Origin: Patescibacteria group bacterium | GTDB taxonomy: Bacteria > Patescibacteriota > Dojkabacteria > J137 | Reading direction: 5' to 3' | Assembly (NCBI GenBank): GCA_016861265.1 | Contig: BOLA01000001.1 | Span: 139,569-203,568 of the forward strand | Length of the DNA: 64,000 bases | Shown: piece by piece, positions 50,462 through 60,007 of the stretch | Layout: every line of letters begins with the position of its first letter | Numbering within the stretch: the stretch's first letter is position 1 | Notes under the pieces: generated by a model | What the model was told of the DNA's origin: nothing | The model's database searches: none | What the model saw: the letters and a program-made list of their open reading frames with translations, nothing else | Program-made: the position numbers and the translations under genes

Positions 50462-50520
50462 CGTTCTACCCTCCCTAGGTATATACCTATTATATACCAT
50501 ACCTAATTCTATGTCAAAAC

Positions 50521-50850
50521 TTATAGTACTGTATCCCCTAGATTATCTTTACCTTCAAGGTTATCAGAATCAGACTCATCCATACCGGTAGCTACAACAT
50601 CGTTATCGTTTTCTGCTGTAAGCGTTGCATCATCTTCATCGTAATCAGTCGAAGCGTCGTCACCAAGTCCGGCGTCTAAAGCAGCATCCTCATTGTTCAA
50701 ATCATTTGTATTAGTAATATAGTCCTTCTGTTCATTATCTTCGTAAAGACCTGCTGCATACCTTGTTCCCTGTTCGTCCAAAGAATCCATTTCTAGTTCG
50801 GAAGTCTGATCATCTGTTGCCTGAGGATTGATTTTTTGATCGTCTTGCAT
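50521..50850 (-). CDS. Highly acidic low-complexity protein, hypothetical.
   Basis: 109 aa, D/E-rich (DDASTDYDEDDATLTAENDNDV). Confidence 0.35.
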   Translation of the reverse strand: MQDDQKINPQATDDQTSELEMDSLDEQGTRYAAGLYEDNEQKDYITNTNDLNNEDAALDAGLGDDASTDYDEDDATLTAENDNDVVATGMDESDSDNLEGKDNLGDTVL

Positions 50851-50871
50851 AATTTTAATTTAAAAAATAAT

Positions 50872-51327
50872 TTATAATTCCATACTGTCAGACAGCATAA
50901 CTGAATCTATTACCTGAATAATTCCATTACTTGCTGTTAAATCAGCCTCATCTAAATTTACGTCTCCCAACACTATACTTCCATCTTCCGATATAACTTT
51001 GATTGATTGCCCATCCATTAATGTAATGTTCTGGGTATTCATTGAATCAAGTTCATCCGAGGTTAATTCACCTTCTACAATATGGTGGCTTAGAATCTTT
51101 CCAATTAATTCGTGATTCGAAAGAATAGACATTATGCTCATTTCTTTAGTAGCTAATAACTTCTCTAAATCATCAAAGGCTTCATCTGTGGGAGCGAAAA
51201 AAGTGTATGGACCTTCCTCCTCTACTAAAAGCGTTCTAAATCCATCGTTTGCATCTATTAATTGTAATAGTTTATCGAAATTACCATGGTCTACAAGAAC
51301 ATCGTATATGCACATTTGTTCTTCCAT
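50872..51327 (-). CDS. Fasciclin (FAS1) domain protein.
   Basis: YTFFAPTDEAFDDL, HHIVEGELTSDEL and NGIIQVIDSVML match the FAS1 H1/H2 motifs. Confidence 0.7.
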   Translation of the reverse strand: MEEQMCIYDVLVDHGNFDKLLQLIDANDGFRTLLVEEEGPYTFFAPTDEAFDDLEKLLATKEMSIMSILSNHELIGKILSHHIVEGELTSDELDSMNTQNITLMDGQSIKVISEDGSIVLGDVNLDEADLTASNGIIQVIDSVMLSDSMEL

Positions 51328-51410
51328 TTTGTAATGTTAATAATTATTGAATTTATTCTAAATTATTAACGGTAAATTTCAAATGAAGAAAGAGTAAATT
51401 ATTGTCCATG

Positions 51411-52394
51411 TTACTCACGTGTGTTTAAACAAAGGCTTATTGTATCTTGGAAGTCCTGCTCTATATTATACTCTCCATAATTTAAGCTCTGCTTACTTTC
51501 TTCAATGGGTAGGAAGGTATTGCTAGTTTGTAATGTTATAAAATCTACAATATTTAATCCCGATTCCTCTCCTTTTAGGAATTGCATAAATTTTATAATA
51601 ACTGCACCAATCCTTACTAAAAATGTAGGAATATAGACCACCTTTATAACCCTGTTTTTATTCTGCTTTAGTGAGTTCAGCCAGTCTGCCCAAGTTAAAT
51701 TTACATCGACTACCTGGTAACAGGAATTTTTAGTCACAATTTCAAGGGCATTTGCTATTGCGGCCCCTACGTTTCTAACCGAGGCTACTGCCGTTCCACC
51801 CTTTGTATAGAATTTGTATTTACCAGGAGAATTTACATATCTTATTAATCCTTCCCACAAGGAACCTTTTGTTGGGGTAACACCTACAATATATGGTAGT
51901 TCAATTATTGCTGTAGGCATATCCTCACCAGCAGCTTCAAAAGCCTTCTCTTGCTGTAGCTTTCTAGATCTAATATAGGGGTGCTTTTGAGCCAACTTCA
52001 TTTGTGGCCAAATTCTATTAAAATAGGCAAAGTAAGAATTTAATATTACGTTCTTTTTAACACCAGCCTTTTTAGCAATTGAGATCAGCCTTTCTATACT
52101 TTCAACGTTCGCCTTATAGTAGAAATCAAATGCAGGCTTCTTTGGAATAATTCGATCGTCTGCTCCGGCCGCAAATATAAAGTAATCATGGACTTTAAAG
52201 ATTTCCAGAAGTTGATCATCGGTAAGACTATTTACATCAGCCTTCTGTACAGTAACGTTTATAGGTAGGAAGTTATCTGGAACCGTGTCTATAGACAATG
52301 CTGTGACTTGATATCCTCTATTAACCAACTCATTACAAATATGATAGCCCAGATAACCCGTACCCCCAATAATAAGAACTCTAGATTTATCCAT
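51411..52394 (-). CDS. NAD-dependent epimerase/dehydratase (extended SDR) family protein.
   Basis: N-terminal VLIIGGTGYLGYHI Rossmann motif. Confidence 0.65.
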   Translation of the reverse strand: MDKSRVLIIGGTGYLGYHICNELVNRGYQVTALSIDTVPDNFLPINVTVQKADVNSLTDDQLLEIFKVHDYFIFAAGADDRIIPKKPAFDFYYKANVESIERLISIAKKAGVKKNVILNSYFAYFNRIWPQMKLAQKHPYIRSRKLQQEKAFEAAGEDMPTAIIELPYIVGVTPTKGSLWEGLIRYVNSPGKYKFYTKGGTAVASVRNVGAAIANALEIVTKNSCYQVVDVNLTWADWLNSLKQNKNRVIKVVYIPTFLVRIGAVIIKFMQFLKGEESGLNIVDFITLQTSNTFLPIEESKQSLNYGEYNIEQDFQDTISLCLNTRE

Positions 52395-52478
52395 ACAATG
52401 ATAGTAAAAAATAGTTCCAATTCACTAGGAATAGGCAAGGATTTAAGGTATTATAGTACTTTTTAGGAAGAATAAAAT

Positions 52479-52552
52479 CGGGATGGAAGGGACTCGAACC
52501 CTCAACCTTTCGCGTGACAGGCGAATGCTCTAACCAGTTGAGCTACCACCCC
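52479..52552 (-). tRNA. tRNA-Asp (anticodon GUC).
   Basis: Reverse complement GGGGTGGTAGCTCAACTGGTTAGAGCATTCGCCTGTCACGCGAAAGGTTGAGGGTTCGAGTCCCTTCCATCCCG forms a cloverleaf. The anticodon loop is CTGTCAC and the discriminator is G. Confidence 0.85.
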
Positions 52553-52613
52553 ATTAAGAGGCTAAGAATTTTAGCGTATTTTATACTAAATTACCATACT
52601 TTTTAACTCCTGC

Positions 52614-53009
52614 TCATTTTCTTCTTTTCTGTATAGTGGCGTGGATATGCTTTCTCTTTTTTTCGGCAATTAGAGAGTAGAATTTATCCAGTTTATCTAG
52701 TTCCTCGTCCGACATATCCTCTAGGTCAATAAGCTCATCGTCTGCTTCCTTTATACCATATAAAATAGCGTCTAGCTTTAACTGCATGGCTTTAGTATCG
52801 TGGTTTTGGGAGTTCTGAATAATAAAGACCATAAGAAAGGTTATTATCGAAGTAATTGTATTCATTACTAACTGCCATTCATTGGAAAAATTGAAAATAG
52901 GGCCGGAAATTAGCCAGCTTAAGATAGTTAATACAGCAATTATAAATACATAAGGATTACCCGTAAATTTAGCTACTTTTCTGGAAAACTTTCTAAAAAA
53001 ATCATTCAT
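52614..53009 (-). CDS. Low-affinity iron permease-like small membrane protein (PF04120-like).
   Basis: The pattern FIIAVLTILSWLISGPIFNFSNEWQLVMNTITSIITFLMVFIIQNSQNHDTKAMQLKLDAIL is typical of that family. Confidence 0.55.
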   Translation of the reverse strand: MNDFFRKFSRKVAKFTGNPYVFIIAVLTILSWLISGPIFNFSNEWQLVMNTITSIITFLMVFIIQNSQNHDTKAMQLKLDAILYGIKEADDELIDLEDMSDEELDKLDKFYSLIAEKKRKHIHATIQKRRK

Positions 53010-53013
53010 AAAA

Positions 53014-53844
53014 TTAATTTAATATATTTTTATATAAATTGAACATCTGTTTATTTGCATTTTCCCAAGTGAAATCCCTGACCTGGGGATAGGTATAAAA
53101 TTTTAAAATCCCATTCTTTATGCTTTCAACATTTCTTTCTATTTTAATCAAATTTAAATCTTTAGACGAGCCAACATCGGTAGTTATCACGGGAATATTC
53201 AACGCCATACATTCAAAAATTGGATTGCAATGACCTTCGTTATAAGATGCAGAAACTAACAGATCAATACTCTCATAATAATCTTTCATTTTAGAATGTT
53301 CAATATCGCCTATAGCTGGATTAAAAGTTACATTTAATTCCTCACAGGCTTTTTTTATTAATTCAAAACCTTTGTATTCAGTTGGTTTTCCGGCAAAGCC
53401 AACAACAAATTGCTTCTTATTGTTTAAGAATTGTTCACTTATTCCATTGGGTATATAAACTGAACCTGGGAATTCATTTAGAAGATCTCTATTTATTACA
53501 TGAGTAAAGAATTTATTTCGGGAAATAATTTCCTGTAAGTTCTGAACATAGTTACCATATCTTCCTGATCTGATAGATAGCAAGAATGGCTTGGTAAATT
53601 TATCAATAATATCTAAGTGAAAAGATAAATCTGAGTTTCCATAATGAATAAGATCAAAGTCATTAGACATGTTTAAGAGCTTTTGAGAATCTACAAGTGC
53701 ATAGTATTCTTTTGTAAAATCCACTGGTACGCCTTTTATAATATTATCGATATTTCTATCAACAACCCAGCCTGGTTTATCGGACAGTATTAGTACTTTT
53801 GGCTTTTTTTGTTCCATACTACAAACATGGTCTATAATGTACAA
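53014..53844 (-). CDS. Glycosyltransferase, group 1 (GT4-like).
   Basis: C-terminal GT1 motif region (EGHCNPIFECMALNIPVITTDVGS). Confidence 0.55.
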   Translation of the reverse strand: MYIIDHVCSMEQKKPKVLILSDKPGWVVDRNIDNIIKGVPVDFTKEYYALVDSQKLLNMSNDFDLIHYGNSDLSFHLDIIDKFTKPFLLSIRSGRYGNYVQNLQEIISRNKFFTHVINRDLLNEFPGSVYIPNGISEQFLNNKKQFVVGFAGKPTEYKGFELIKKACEELNVTFNPAIGDIEHSKMKDYYESIDLLVSASYNEGHCNPIFECMALNIPVITTDVGSSKDLNLIKIERNVESIKNGILKFYTYPQVRDFTWENANKQMFNLYKNILN

Positions 53845-53863
53845 ACATTAACAATTTTACAAA

Positions 53864-54556
53864 ATGAATTCAGAATTAGATATAAGTAAATATGATTTTG
53901 TAGATTTTGGAGCTTCTGTTGGAGGTTCTATTGATTTTGCGATCAAGGCACTCGGTGGTGTAAATGGGCTAGGAATTGATATCGATCCAGTTAAGGTAAG
54001 AAAAATGCAAGACTTAGGATTGAACGCCTACTGTGCTGATTTTACACAGCTACCGTTTCCTAGAAAAAGTGTGCGATTTATTGTTATAAGTCATGTTTTA
54101 GAACATTTACCGAGTTTAGAAGTTGCAAAGGCATCAATTAAGCAGGCATGTGACCTTGCAACCGATTTTGTTTTTATTCAAGGGCCCTACTATGATGGTG
54201 ATGAATATTTAAGAAAGTTAGGGTTAAAATTTTTCTGGTCAGATTGGAAGGGACATACGTGTCATTTTAGTGTAAAGAATCTGAAAGATACATTAAGGGA
54301 ATTAAATATTTCAGATTACAAATTATTTATGAATAAAATAGTGTCACATTCAATGTCACCATTTGTTCATCCACTAAATTCCCCACCTAATCAGCATGAT
54401 TATGATTCATTAATACATCCACCTAAACACTTAATAACTTTTGACAAGAAATTGTATAGAGAATTTGTATGTTATATTAAATTGAACCCGGATTTAAAAG
54501 ACTGGGATAAAATAATAAAATCACGCAAAGGTGTTATAACAGAACATGAGGAATAA
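53864..54556 (+). CDS. SAM-dependent methyltransferase (FkbM-like).
   Basis: VDFGASVGGSIDFA glycine-rich SAM motif. Confidence 0.5.
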   Translation: MNSELDISKYDFVDFGASVGGSIDFAIKALGGVNGLGIDIDPVKVRKMQDLGLNAYCADFTQLPFPRKSVRFIVISHVLEHLPSLEVAKASIKQACDLATDFVFIQGPYYDGDEYLRKLGLKFFWSDWKGHTCHFSVKNLKDTLRELNISDYKLFMNKIVSHSMSPFVHPLNSPPNQHDYDSLIHPPKHLITFDKKLYREFVCYIKLNPDLKDWDKIIKSRKGVITEHEE

Positions 54557-55970
54557 GATAGCAATATATACTTCAATATTTGGTGGTAAAGATACACTGC
54601 GAGAGCAAATTAAATTTGAGAATGTTGACTACTTTTGTTTTACCGATAACAAAGATTTAAAATCAGATACATTCCAGATTAAACATTACCCTGCTACGTC
54701 CTCAGATCCGGTTAGGAGTGCAAAAGTCTTTAAGATGATGCCTCATATTTTTTTAAAAGATTATGAATATACCATTTGGATTGATGGGAATATAATATTA
54801 AACCCCCAATTCATGGAGCTTTTTAAGTATCTTGAACAGGGAGATATAGCACTTTTTAAACACCCTCACAGAGATTGTATGTACATTGAGGCTGCAGCGT
54901 GCGTAAAAAGGAATAAGGACAATCATTATGTGATTAAGACTCAAGTAAAGCAATACCACAAGGAAGGTTATCCTGAACATAATGGATTAAATACTGCTGG
55001 CGTTATTTTTAGAAGAAATAAATCGGAGAATGTAAAAAAGTTAAATAACGCCTGGTGGGAAGAAATTCAAAAATTCAGTAGAAGGGACCAATTAAGTTTT
55101 AACTACGTTCTGTGGAAGAATAAATTGAATGTAGTAACAATAGATTTACCCTATGAAACTGGTAATCATCATTTTAAAATTGATAAGCATATAATTGGAA
55201 ACTCGCTTGATATTCCGGAAGCAAGAACCGAATATCAAAAAATGGAAGACCTTATTAGAACTAATGAGTTAATAAGAAAAGAAAAATTAAAGAAAAAGGT
55301 AATATATACTGCCATTTTTGGAAAAATTGATGATTTAATTGAACCCGAAGGTGACTATTCAGACTTTGACTTTATATGCTTTACTGATAGAAAGAATTTA
55401 GTTTCTAAGAGATATAAAATAATAAGAGTGAACAGATTTCACAAAGACCCTACCCTAGACGCAAGAATGTATAAGCTCCTTCCACATATATTTTTACCCC
55501 AATATGAATATTCTATATGGATTGATGGAAGGGTAATAATAAAGAAGAAAGATTTAACTCCTCTATTCGATTATTTGGGTGATACTAATCTTGCAGTGTT
55601 TCCTCATATGCACAGAGATTGTATTTACGAAGAAGCTAAGGCTTGTATTTATAGAGGGAAGGACAAACCAATGGTAATTCTAAATCAAATTACTCAATAC
55701 AATAAAGAAAAATACCCTACAAAAAATGGTGGTGTAGAAACTGGTGTTCTTGTACGTAAGCATATGCAAAAAGATGTTATAGAATTACAGAACCATTGGT
55801 GGAATGAATTACTAAAATATTCCAAACGGGATCAAATAAGTTTTAACTATGTAGCCTGGAAGCAAAAATTTAAGTTCAAATACATTGACGGTCACGTGTG
55901 GGATAACAAATACTTTAGAGTTTTGGAAAAACATCTGGCTGATTCCAGGAAACTATTGTCTTCTCAATAG
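54546..55970 (+). CDS. Protein with two tandem copies of a roughly 235-aa DUF616-like (putative glycosyltransferase) domain.
   Basis: The two halves are collinear: IAIYTSIFGGKDTL / VIYTAIFGKIDDL; YEYTIWIDGNI / YEYSIWIDGRV; HPHRDCMYIEAAAC / HMHRDCIYEEAKAC; WWEEIQKFSRRDQLSFNYVLWK / WWNELLKYSKRDQISFNYVAWK. Confidence 0.55.
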   Translation: MRNKIAIYTSIFGGKDTLREQIKFENVDYFCFTDNKDLKSDTFQIKHYPATSSDPVRSAKVFKMMPHIFLKDYEYTIWIDGNIILNPQFMELFKYLEQGDIALFKHPHRDCMYIEAAACVKRNKDNHYVIKTQVKQYHKEGYPEHNGLNTAGVIFRRNKSENVKKLNNAWWEEIQKFSRRDQLSFNYVLWKNKLNVVTIDLPYETGNHHFKIDKHIIGNSLDIPEARTEYQKMEDLIRTNELIRKEKLKKKVIYTAIFGKIDDLIEPEGDYSDFDFICFTDRKNLVSKRYKIIRVNRFHKDPTLDARMYKLLPHIFLPQYEYSIWIDGRVIIKKKDLTPLFDYLGDTNLAVFPHMHRDCIYEEAKACIYRGKDKPMVILNQITQYNKEKYPTKNGGVETGVLVRKHMQKDVIELQNHWWNELLKYSKRDQISFNYVAWKQKFKFKYIDGHVWDNKYFRVLEKHLADSRKLLSSQ

Positions 55971-57950
55971 TCTTTTTATCTTAATCCCGGTAGGAGACTT
56001 TCTGAAGAAACGTCTAACCTTCTTTTTTAATTTATTATATGCCAGCCAGAGTTTTAAAGTTACAGGATTATGCTCTATTACCCTTACAATATAGGCCTTT
56101 AGCGATTTAAGCACGTTCTTCTTCATGAAATGTTCAACCATACTCGGGGAGTAAAATGGTGTGACAATTTTTCTTGAGGAAAAATTGTTTACTGTTTCTA
56201 CTATAAAATTAGGAAGCTCATCAATATTTCTATAATCACTTCTTTTGAATTTTGACTCTCTTGTAATGATTTGAACCTTTACACCTTCTTCGTCTGCAAT
56301 ATTCTTTAGTTCATCTGTTCTGTAATTACTACCTATAAAGTATTTTGTGGCGTTTTTAATAAAATTTTGAGGAAATTCAATACTTCCCAGAAAGTATACT
56401 TTTTTAATATTATTTCGTAGTTTCTTTTCGTTTTCTTTTGTATATGGGCCTTCAACAAATAAAATATCCTTTTCTCTGTTTAAATGCATCTGGTCAATTA
56501 CCTCGGAAAGTTTGAATGAATTTCTTAGATCTGAAGATAATAATGTAAATTCTCTACTCAATAATTCAGGATGGTCAGTAAATAACTTAATAATGTTGCT
56601 TATTTCTGCCAATGGATTTACCCTAATAAAATCAAGAAATTCAGGAATCATATACGGGTAACGTTGTTTTAGCAATGTAGAATTCTTCTTTTTTAATGCT
56701 AACTTTGCTTCACTCGTAAAAGATCTAGAACCCAAATGCTTTACAAAGGAGTTGCCGGCTAGGATGTTTATAAATCCTTTTTCTCTTACCCGCAAACTAA
56801 ACTCATTCTCTTCTCCGTAACCTTTACCGAACTCTTCTTCATTTAAAATACCTACTTTATTTATACACTCTCTTTTTATATACATACAAAAACCATGAGC
56901 GCTATGTACCTCAATTCTATTTTGAGAAACGAATTTGTTTAGAATATTCGAAATTAACTCAACATCAATATCCTGCTTGCCTTTTATGCAGGGTATCGAA
57001 AGATCTTCTATGCTATTCGAAAGAGGGCTTGCGGTCATTATTTTACTGTCTGAGTAAACGGCTTTCTGCAGGTTCTCAAGCCAGAAAGGACCCGGAATAG
57101 TATCAGTGTTAAGTAAAATAACATCATTCTTACTTGCTTGTATTCCCACATTACAGCTGCGGACAAAACCAGAGTTTACTTTGTTTTCGATAATTGTAAC
57201 TAAATCATCATTCATAAATTTTGCTCTTATCTTGTTGTTCAACTCTTCATCTGGTCCCTGATCCAATACAATAAATACGTTTTCAAGGCTTTGAATTTTG
57301 TATTGTTTAACTTTTTCAATACACTCAAAGATGTTTCTATCGTTATAAAAAGGAAGAATAATATCAACCTTTTGTTGCCGCTTTAATTCTATGTTTTCCG
57401 TAAACGATTCTAATCTTTTAAAAACAAAACTATGACTGTATTTAGAATCTATCGAATTAAAGAAATTCTTAAAATTATCAAAAATCAGTCCCGCACTACT
57501 TTCTATAAGATTTTTATAATGCTGATATTCAAAGTAACCTTTGTACTTTGGATTATCTGTTAAATCTTCGTTAACAAACCAAATATGCGGTTTGTTTATT
57601 AATGTGCTTGCTACTGCACCCGAGTTAGATAGCATTGAAATTGTCAAAACCACGTCTACATTCCATTCTGCGAGCTGGTTTGCTATTGGTACTGTATATT
57701 TAAACGTTTCTTCTGTATGGTCAGACGACGAGAAGTCCTTTGAGTATGCAGGAAAAATCCAAGGATTTGCATGTAGGGTTGTATAGTCAATATTCAGCTT
57801 GTCTAGTTCATTAGAATAGTGTCCGTTACTACCCCCAAGAATAACTTTAATCTTGAAATTCTTTTCCTTAAATATTGCAATGAATTTTCTTAAGGTTCTA
57901 ATTGTTGTGCTTGCTTCGCCATCTGTTGGACAAAATATTCCGATTGTCAT
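55953..57950 (-). CDS. Multidomain glycosyltransferase (N-terminal GT-B-like region plus a central GT2 domain).
   Basis: GT2 signature DIILPFYND...VNSGFVRSCNVGIQASKNDVILLNTD. Confidence 0.6.
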   Translation of the reverse strand: MTIGIFCPTDGEASTTIRTLRKFIAIFKEKNFKIKVILGGSNGHYSNELDKLNIDYTTLHANPWIFPAYSKDFSSSDHTEETFKYTVPIANQLAEWNVDVVLTISMLSNSGAVASTLINKPHIWFVNEDLTDNPKYKGYFEYQHYKNLIESSAGLIFDNFKNFFNSIDSKYSHSFVFKRLESFTENIELKRQQKVDIILPFYNDRNIFECIEKVKQYKIQSLENVFIVLDQGPDEELNNKIRAKFMNDDLVTIIENKVNSGFVRSCNVGIQASKNDVILLNTDTIPGPFWLENLQKAVYSDSKIMTASPLSNSIEDLSIPCIKGKQDIDVELISNILNKFVSQNRIEVHSAHGFCMYIKRECINKVGILNEEEFGKGYGEENEFSLRVREKGFINILAGNSFVKHLGSRSFTSEAKLALKKKNSTLLKQRYPYMIPEFLDFIRVNPLAEISNIIKLFTDHPELLSREFTLLSSDLRNSFKLSEVIDQMHLNREKDILFVEGPYTKENEKKLRNNIKKVYFLGSIEFPQNFIKNATKYFIGSNYRTDELKNIADEEGVKVQIITRESKFKRSDYRNIDELPNFIVETVNNFSSRKIVTPFYSPSMVEHFMKKNVLKSLKAYIVRVIEHNPVTLKLWLAYNKLKKKVRRFFRKSPTGIKIKRLLRRQ

Positions 57951-58000
57951 TTTATCGCTTTAAATTTCTAGGTATAAAAATTATAACTTATAAACTGCTA

Positions 58001-58792
58001 CTATTTTGAGGCTTTTAATTCCTCTATGTTTTTTAGTGCATCTTCGTATCTTGTTAATGCTTTGTCCGGTGAACCATCAAACTTTACAATTCCTCTATTC
58101 AGCCATAAACATCTTGTACAATATTTTGAAATTGAGGCCAAGCTATGTGTAACGTATAGAATTGTTTTTTTCTTTTCTATTAGTTCAAGAATTGATGCTA
58201 AGGATTTTTTTCTAAACTCCGCATCTCCAACAGACATAATTTCATCTAGTAAATAAATATCTCCATCTGTTTGTATTGCAATAGAAAACCCAAGCCTTAC
58301 CTTCATTCCGCTGGAATAGTTTTTTACTGGAGTCTTCATAAAACCTTCTAACCCAGAATATTCAACAATCTCGTCATATTTTTGCTTTATATGTGCGTTT
58401 GTCATTCCAAGAAGTGTTCCATTTAGGTAAATATTTTCTTCTCCTGAAAGTTCTGGGTTAAATCCAACTCCGAGCTCAAGAAATGGAATTATTCTACCGT
58501 TAACTTTTACTCTGCCCGATGTGGGTGCGTAAATATCAGCTATTAATTTTAAAAGTGTACTTTTTCCACTACCATTTCTTCCAATTATTCCTACAAACTC
58601 CCCCTGTTTTATTGAAAAATTTACATCGGTAAGTACATTGAACATTTTCGATTTATTCTGATTTAAAATTGACAATACGTAAGACTTTAAAGTTTCCTTC
58701 TTGTCTTCAGCTATCCAAAAAGTCTTAGATAAATTCTCAACTTCAATCATTGTTTTATTTTCTTGCGAGTTCATACTAAAAATATTCTGCAA
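58001..58792 (-). CDS. Polysaccharide/teichoic-acid export ABC transporter ATP-binding protein (Wzt/TagH-like).
   Basis: Walker A GRNGSGKST, ABC signature YSSGMKVRLGF, and Walker B IYLLDE. Confidence 0.8.
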   Translation of the reverse strand: MQNIFSMNSQENKTMIEVENLSKTFWIAEDKKETLKSYVLSILNQNKSKMFNVLTDVNFSIKQGEFVGIIGRNGSGKSTLLKLIADIYAPTSGRVKVNGRIIPFLELGVGFNPELSGEENIYLNGTLLGMTNAHIKQKYDEIVEYSGLEGFMKTPVKNYSSGMKVRLGFSIAIQTDGDIYLLDEIMSVGDAEFRKKSLASILELIEKKKTILYVTHSLASISKYCTRCLWLNRGIVKFDGSPDKALTRYEDALKNIEELKASK

Positions 58793-59549
58793 TTTTTTTT
58801 ACTTGTCTATTAAAGAATTTACTGCCCAGATAACACACAATTAAACCTAGGACCAGGTAGATTAAAATTGTTGAGTATTCAATACTGGAGTAAATGTTAA
58901 ATCCAGCCCTTACTTGATTTATCAATATTCCTACAGGATTTAAGGCCATAAAGCTAGAACCTCCAGCTAAACTATCCTTTTCTGCTACAAAAAATATTGG
59001 TGTTGCCCAATAAAACAAGAATAGTGCAAGCTCCATAATATTTTTTAAATCTCTGAACCTAATTGTAAAAACTGAAGTGAAAAACGATATTCCTAATCCC
59101 CACACAAATGCTGTAATACTTACTAATATAAAATACAGTATTCCTATTGGAGTAATCTGAACTCCTGCAGTAAAAGCTAAAATAAGAATAAGTATCGTAT
59201 TTATTAATAAATTAATTACTGCATTTGCTAGAGAGCTCAATAAGGCAATCTCCTTTGGGAAACTGACTTTTAAGATAATATTGGATTTATCGAGCAACGC
59301 CATTTGCCCGAATGTAATCATTTCAGATATAAAACCGTAAAAGACAATCCCAATTAATAGGTAGAGTCCGTAATTTTCTATGGGAGCTTTTCCTGCATTA
59401 ACTCTTATATAATAAAGTACCAAGAAGGTTGCATAGGGCTTTATTAGTACCCACAAGATACCTAAAACCGAATTCTGGTATCTCATTTTAAAGTTTGCCT
59501 TTACAAGATTTATTAGCAGGTCTCTTTTTGATATAACGCTTTTCTGCAT
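58776..59549 (-). CDS. ABC-2 type exporter permease (Wzm/TagG-like).
   Basis: 6-TM ABC-2 architecture. It overlaps the ATPase gene, forming a two-gene operon. Confidence 0.7.
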   Translation of the reverse strand: MQKSVISKRDLLINLVKANFKMRYQNSVLGILWVLIKPYATFLVLYYIRVNAGKAPIENYGLYLLIGIVFYGFISEMITFGQMALLDKSNIILKVSFPKEIALLSSLANAVINLLINTILILILAFTAGVQITPIGILYFILVSITAFVWGLGISFFTSVFTIRFRDLKNIMELALFLFYWATPIFFVAEKDSLAGGSSFMALNPVGILINQVRAGFNIYSSIEYSTILIYLVLGLIVCYLGSKFFNRQVKKIAEYF

Positions 59550-59660
59550 GTTCTTAAACTAATTGTGTTCTAAAAAACAATCTTATACTATTTATTAGAT
59601 ATTGTCATTCGCGACTATGGATGAGTTTTACAGGTAATAATATTTTAGTATAATACCTGA

Positions 59661-59680
59661 ACGCAGACGTGGCGGAACTG
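59661..59680 (+). repeat. 20-bp exact copy of the tRNA-Leu(GAG) 5' end (acgcagacgtggcggaactg), 130 bp upstream of the tRNA gene.
   Basis: The sequence is identical to 59791-59810. Confidence 0.7.
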
Positions 59681-59792
59681 CTCAAGAGATTCGTGATGAG
59701 AGCTTTGCATTTCAAAGAATCGAATCTAGAAGATCTTAGTCCCTTTAGGGAGTATACTCGGAGGAGTTAGAATTAATAGCTTTATAAATTAC

Positions 59793-59876
59793 GCAGACGT
59801 GGCGGAACTGGTATACGCGCAACGTTGAGGTCGTTGTCCAATTTATTGGGTGCAGGTTCAAGTCCTGTCGTCTGCA
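59793..59876 (+). tRNA. tRNA-Leu (anticodon GAG), class II.
   Basis: GCAGACGTGGCGGAACTGGTATACGCGCAACGTTGAGGTCGTTGTCCAATTTATTGGGTGCAGGTTCAAGTCCTGTCGTCTGCA folds as a cloverleaf with a long variable arm. The anticodon loop is TTGAGGT. Confidence 0.85.
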
Positions 59877-60007
59877 ATTTAATACTCAATAGCTAATTTA
59901 TATCTAATATTATACTTTTCCTTAGTTTTAATCCCAATAAATTAACTTTTATTCTTTAAATAAATCTGATTAAATAGACTAACAGCTAAATTTTAATCCT
60001 GATATCA

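Noticed and set aside
59661-59876. Interpretation of the duplicated tRNA-Leu 5' end plus the 130-bp spacer as a D-loop intron within the tRNA gene.
   Set aside because: Splicing would regenerate a sequence identical to the downstream intact tRNA, so the hypothesis adds nothing testable from sequence. The 3' copy alone is a complete canonical tRNA. It is kept only as a repeat/att-scar observation.
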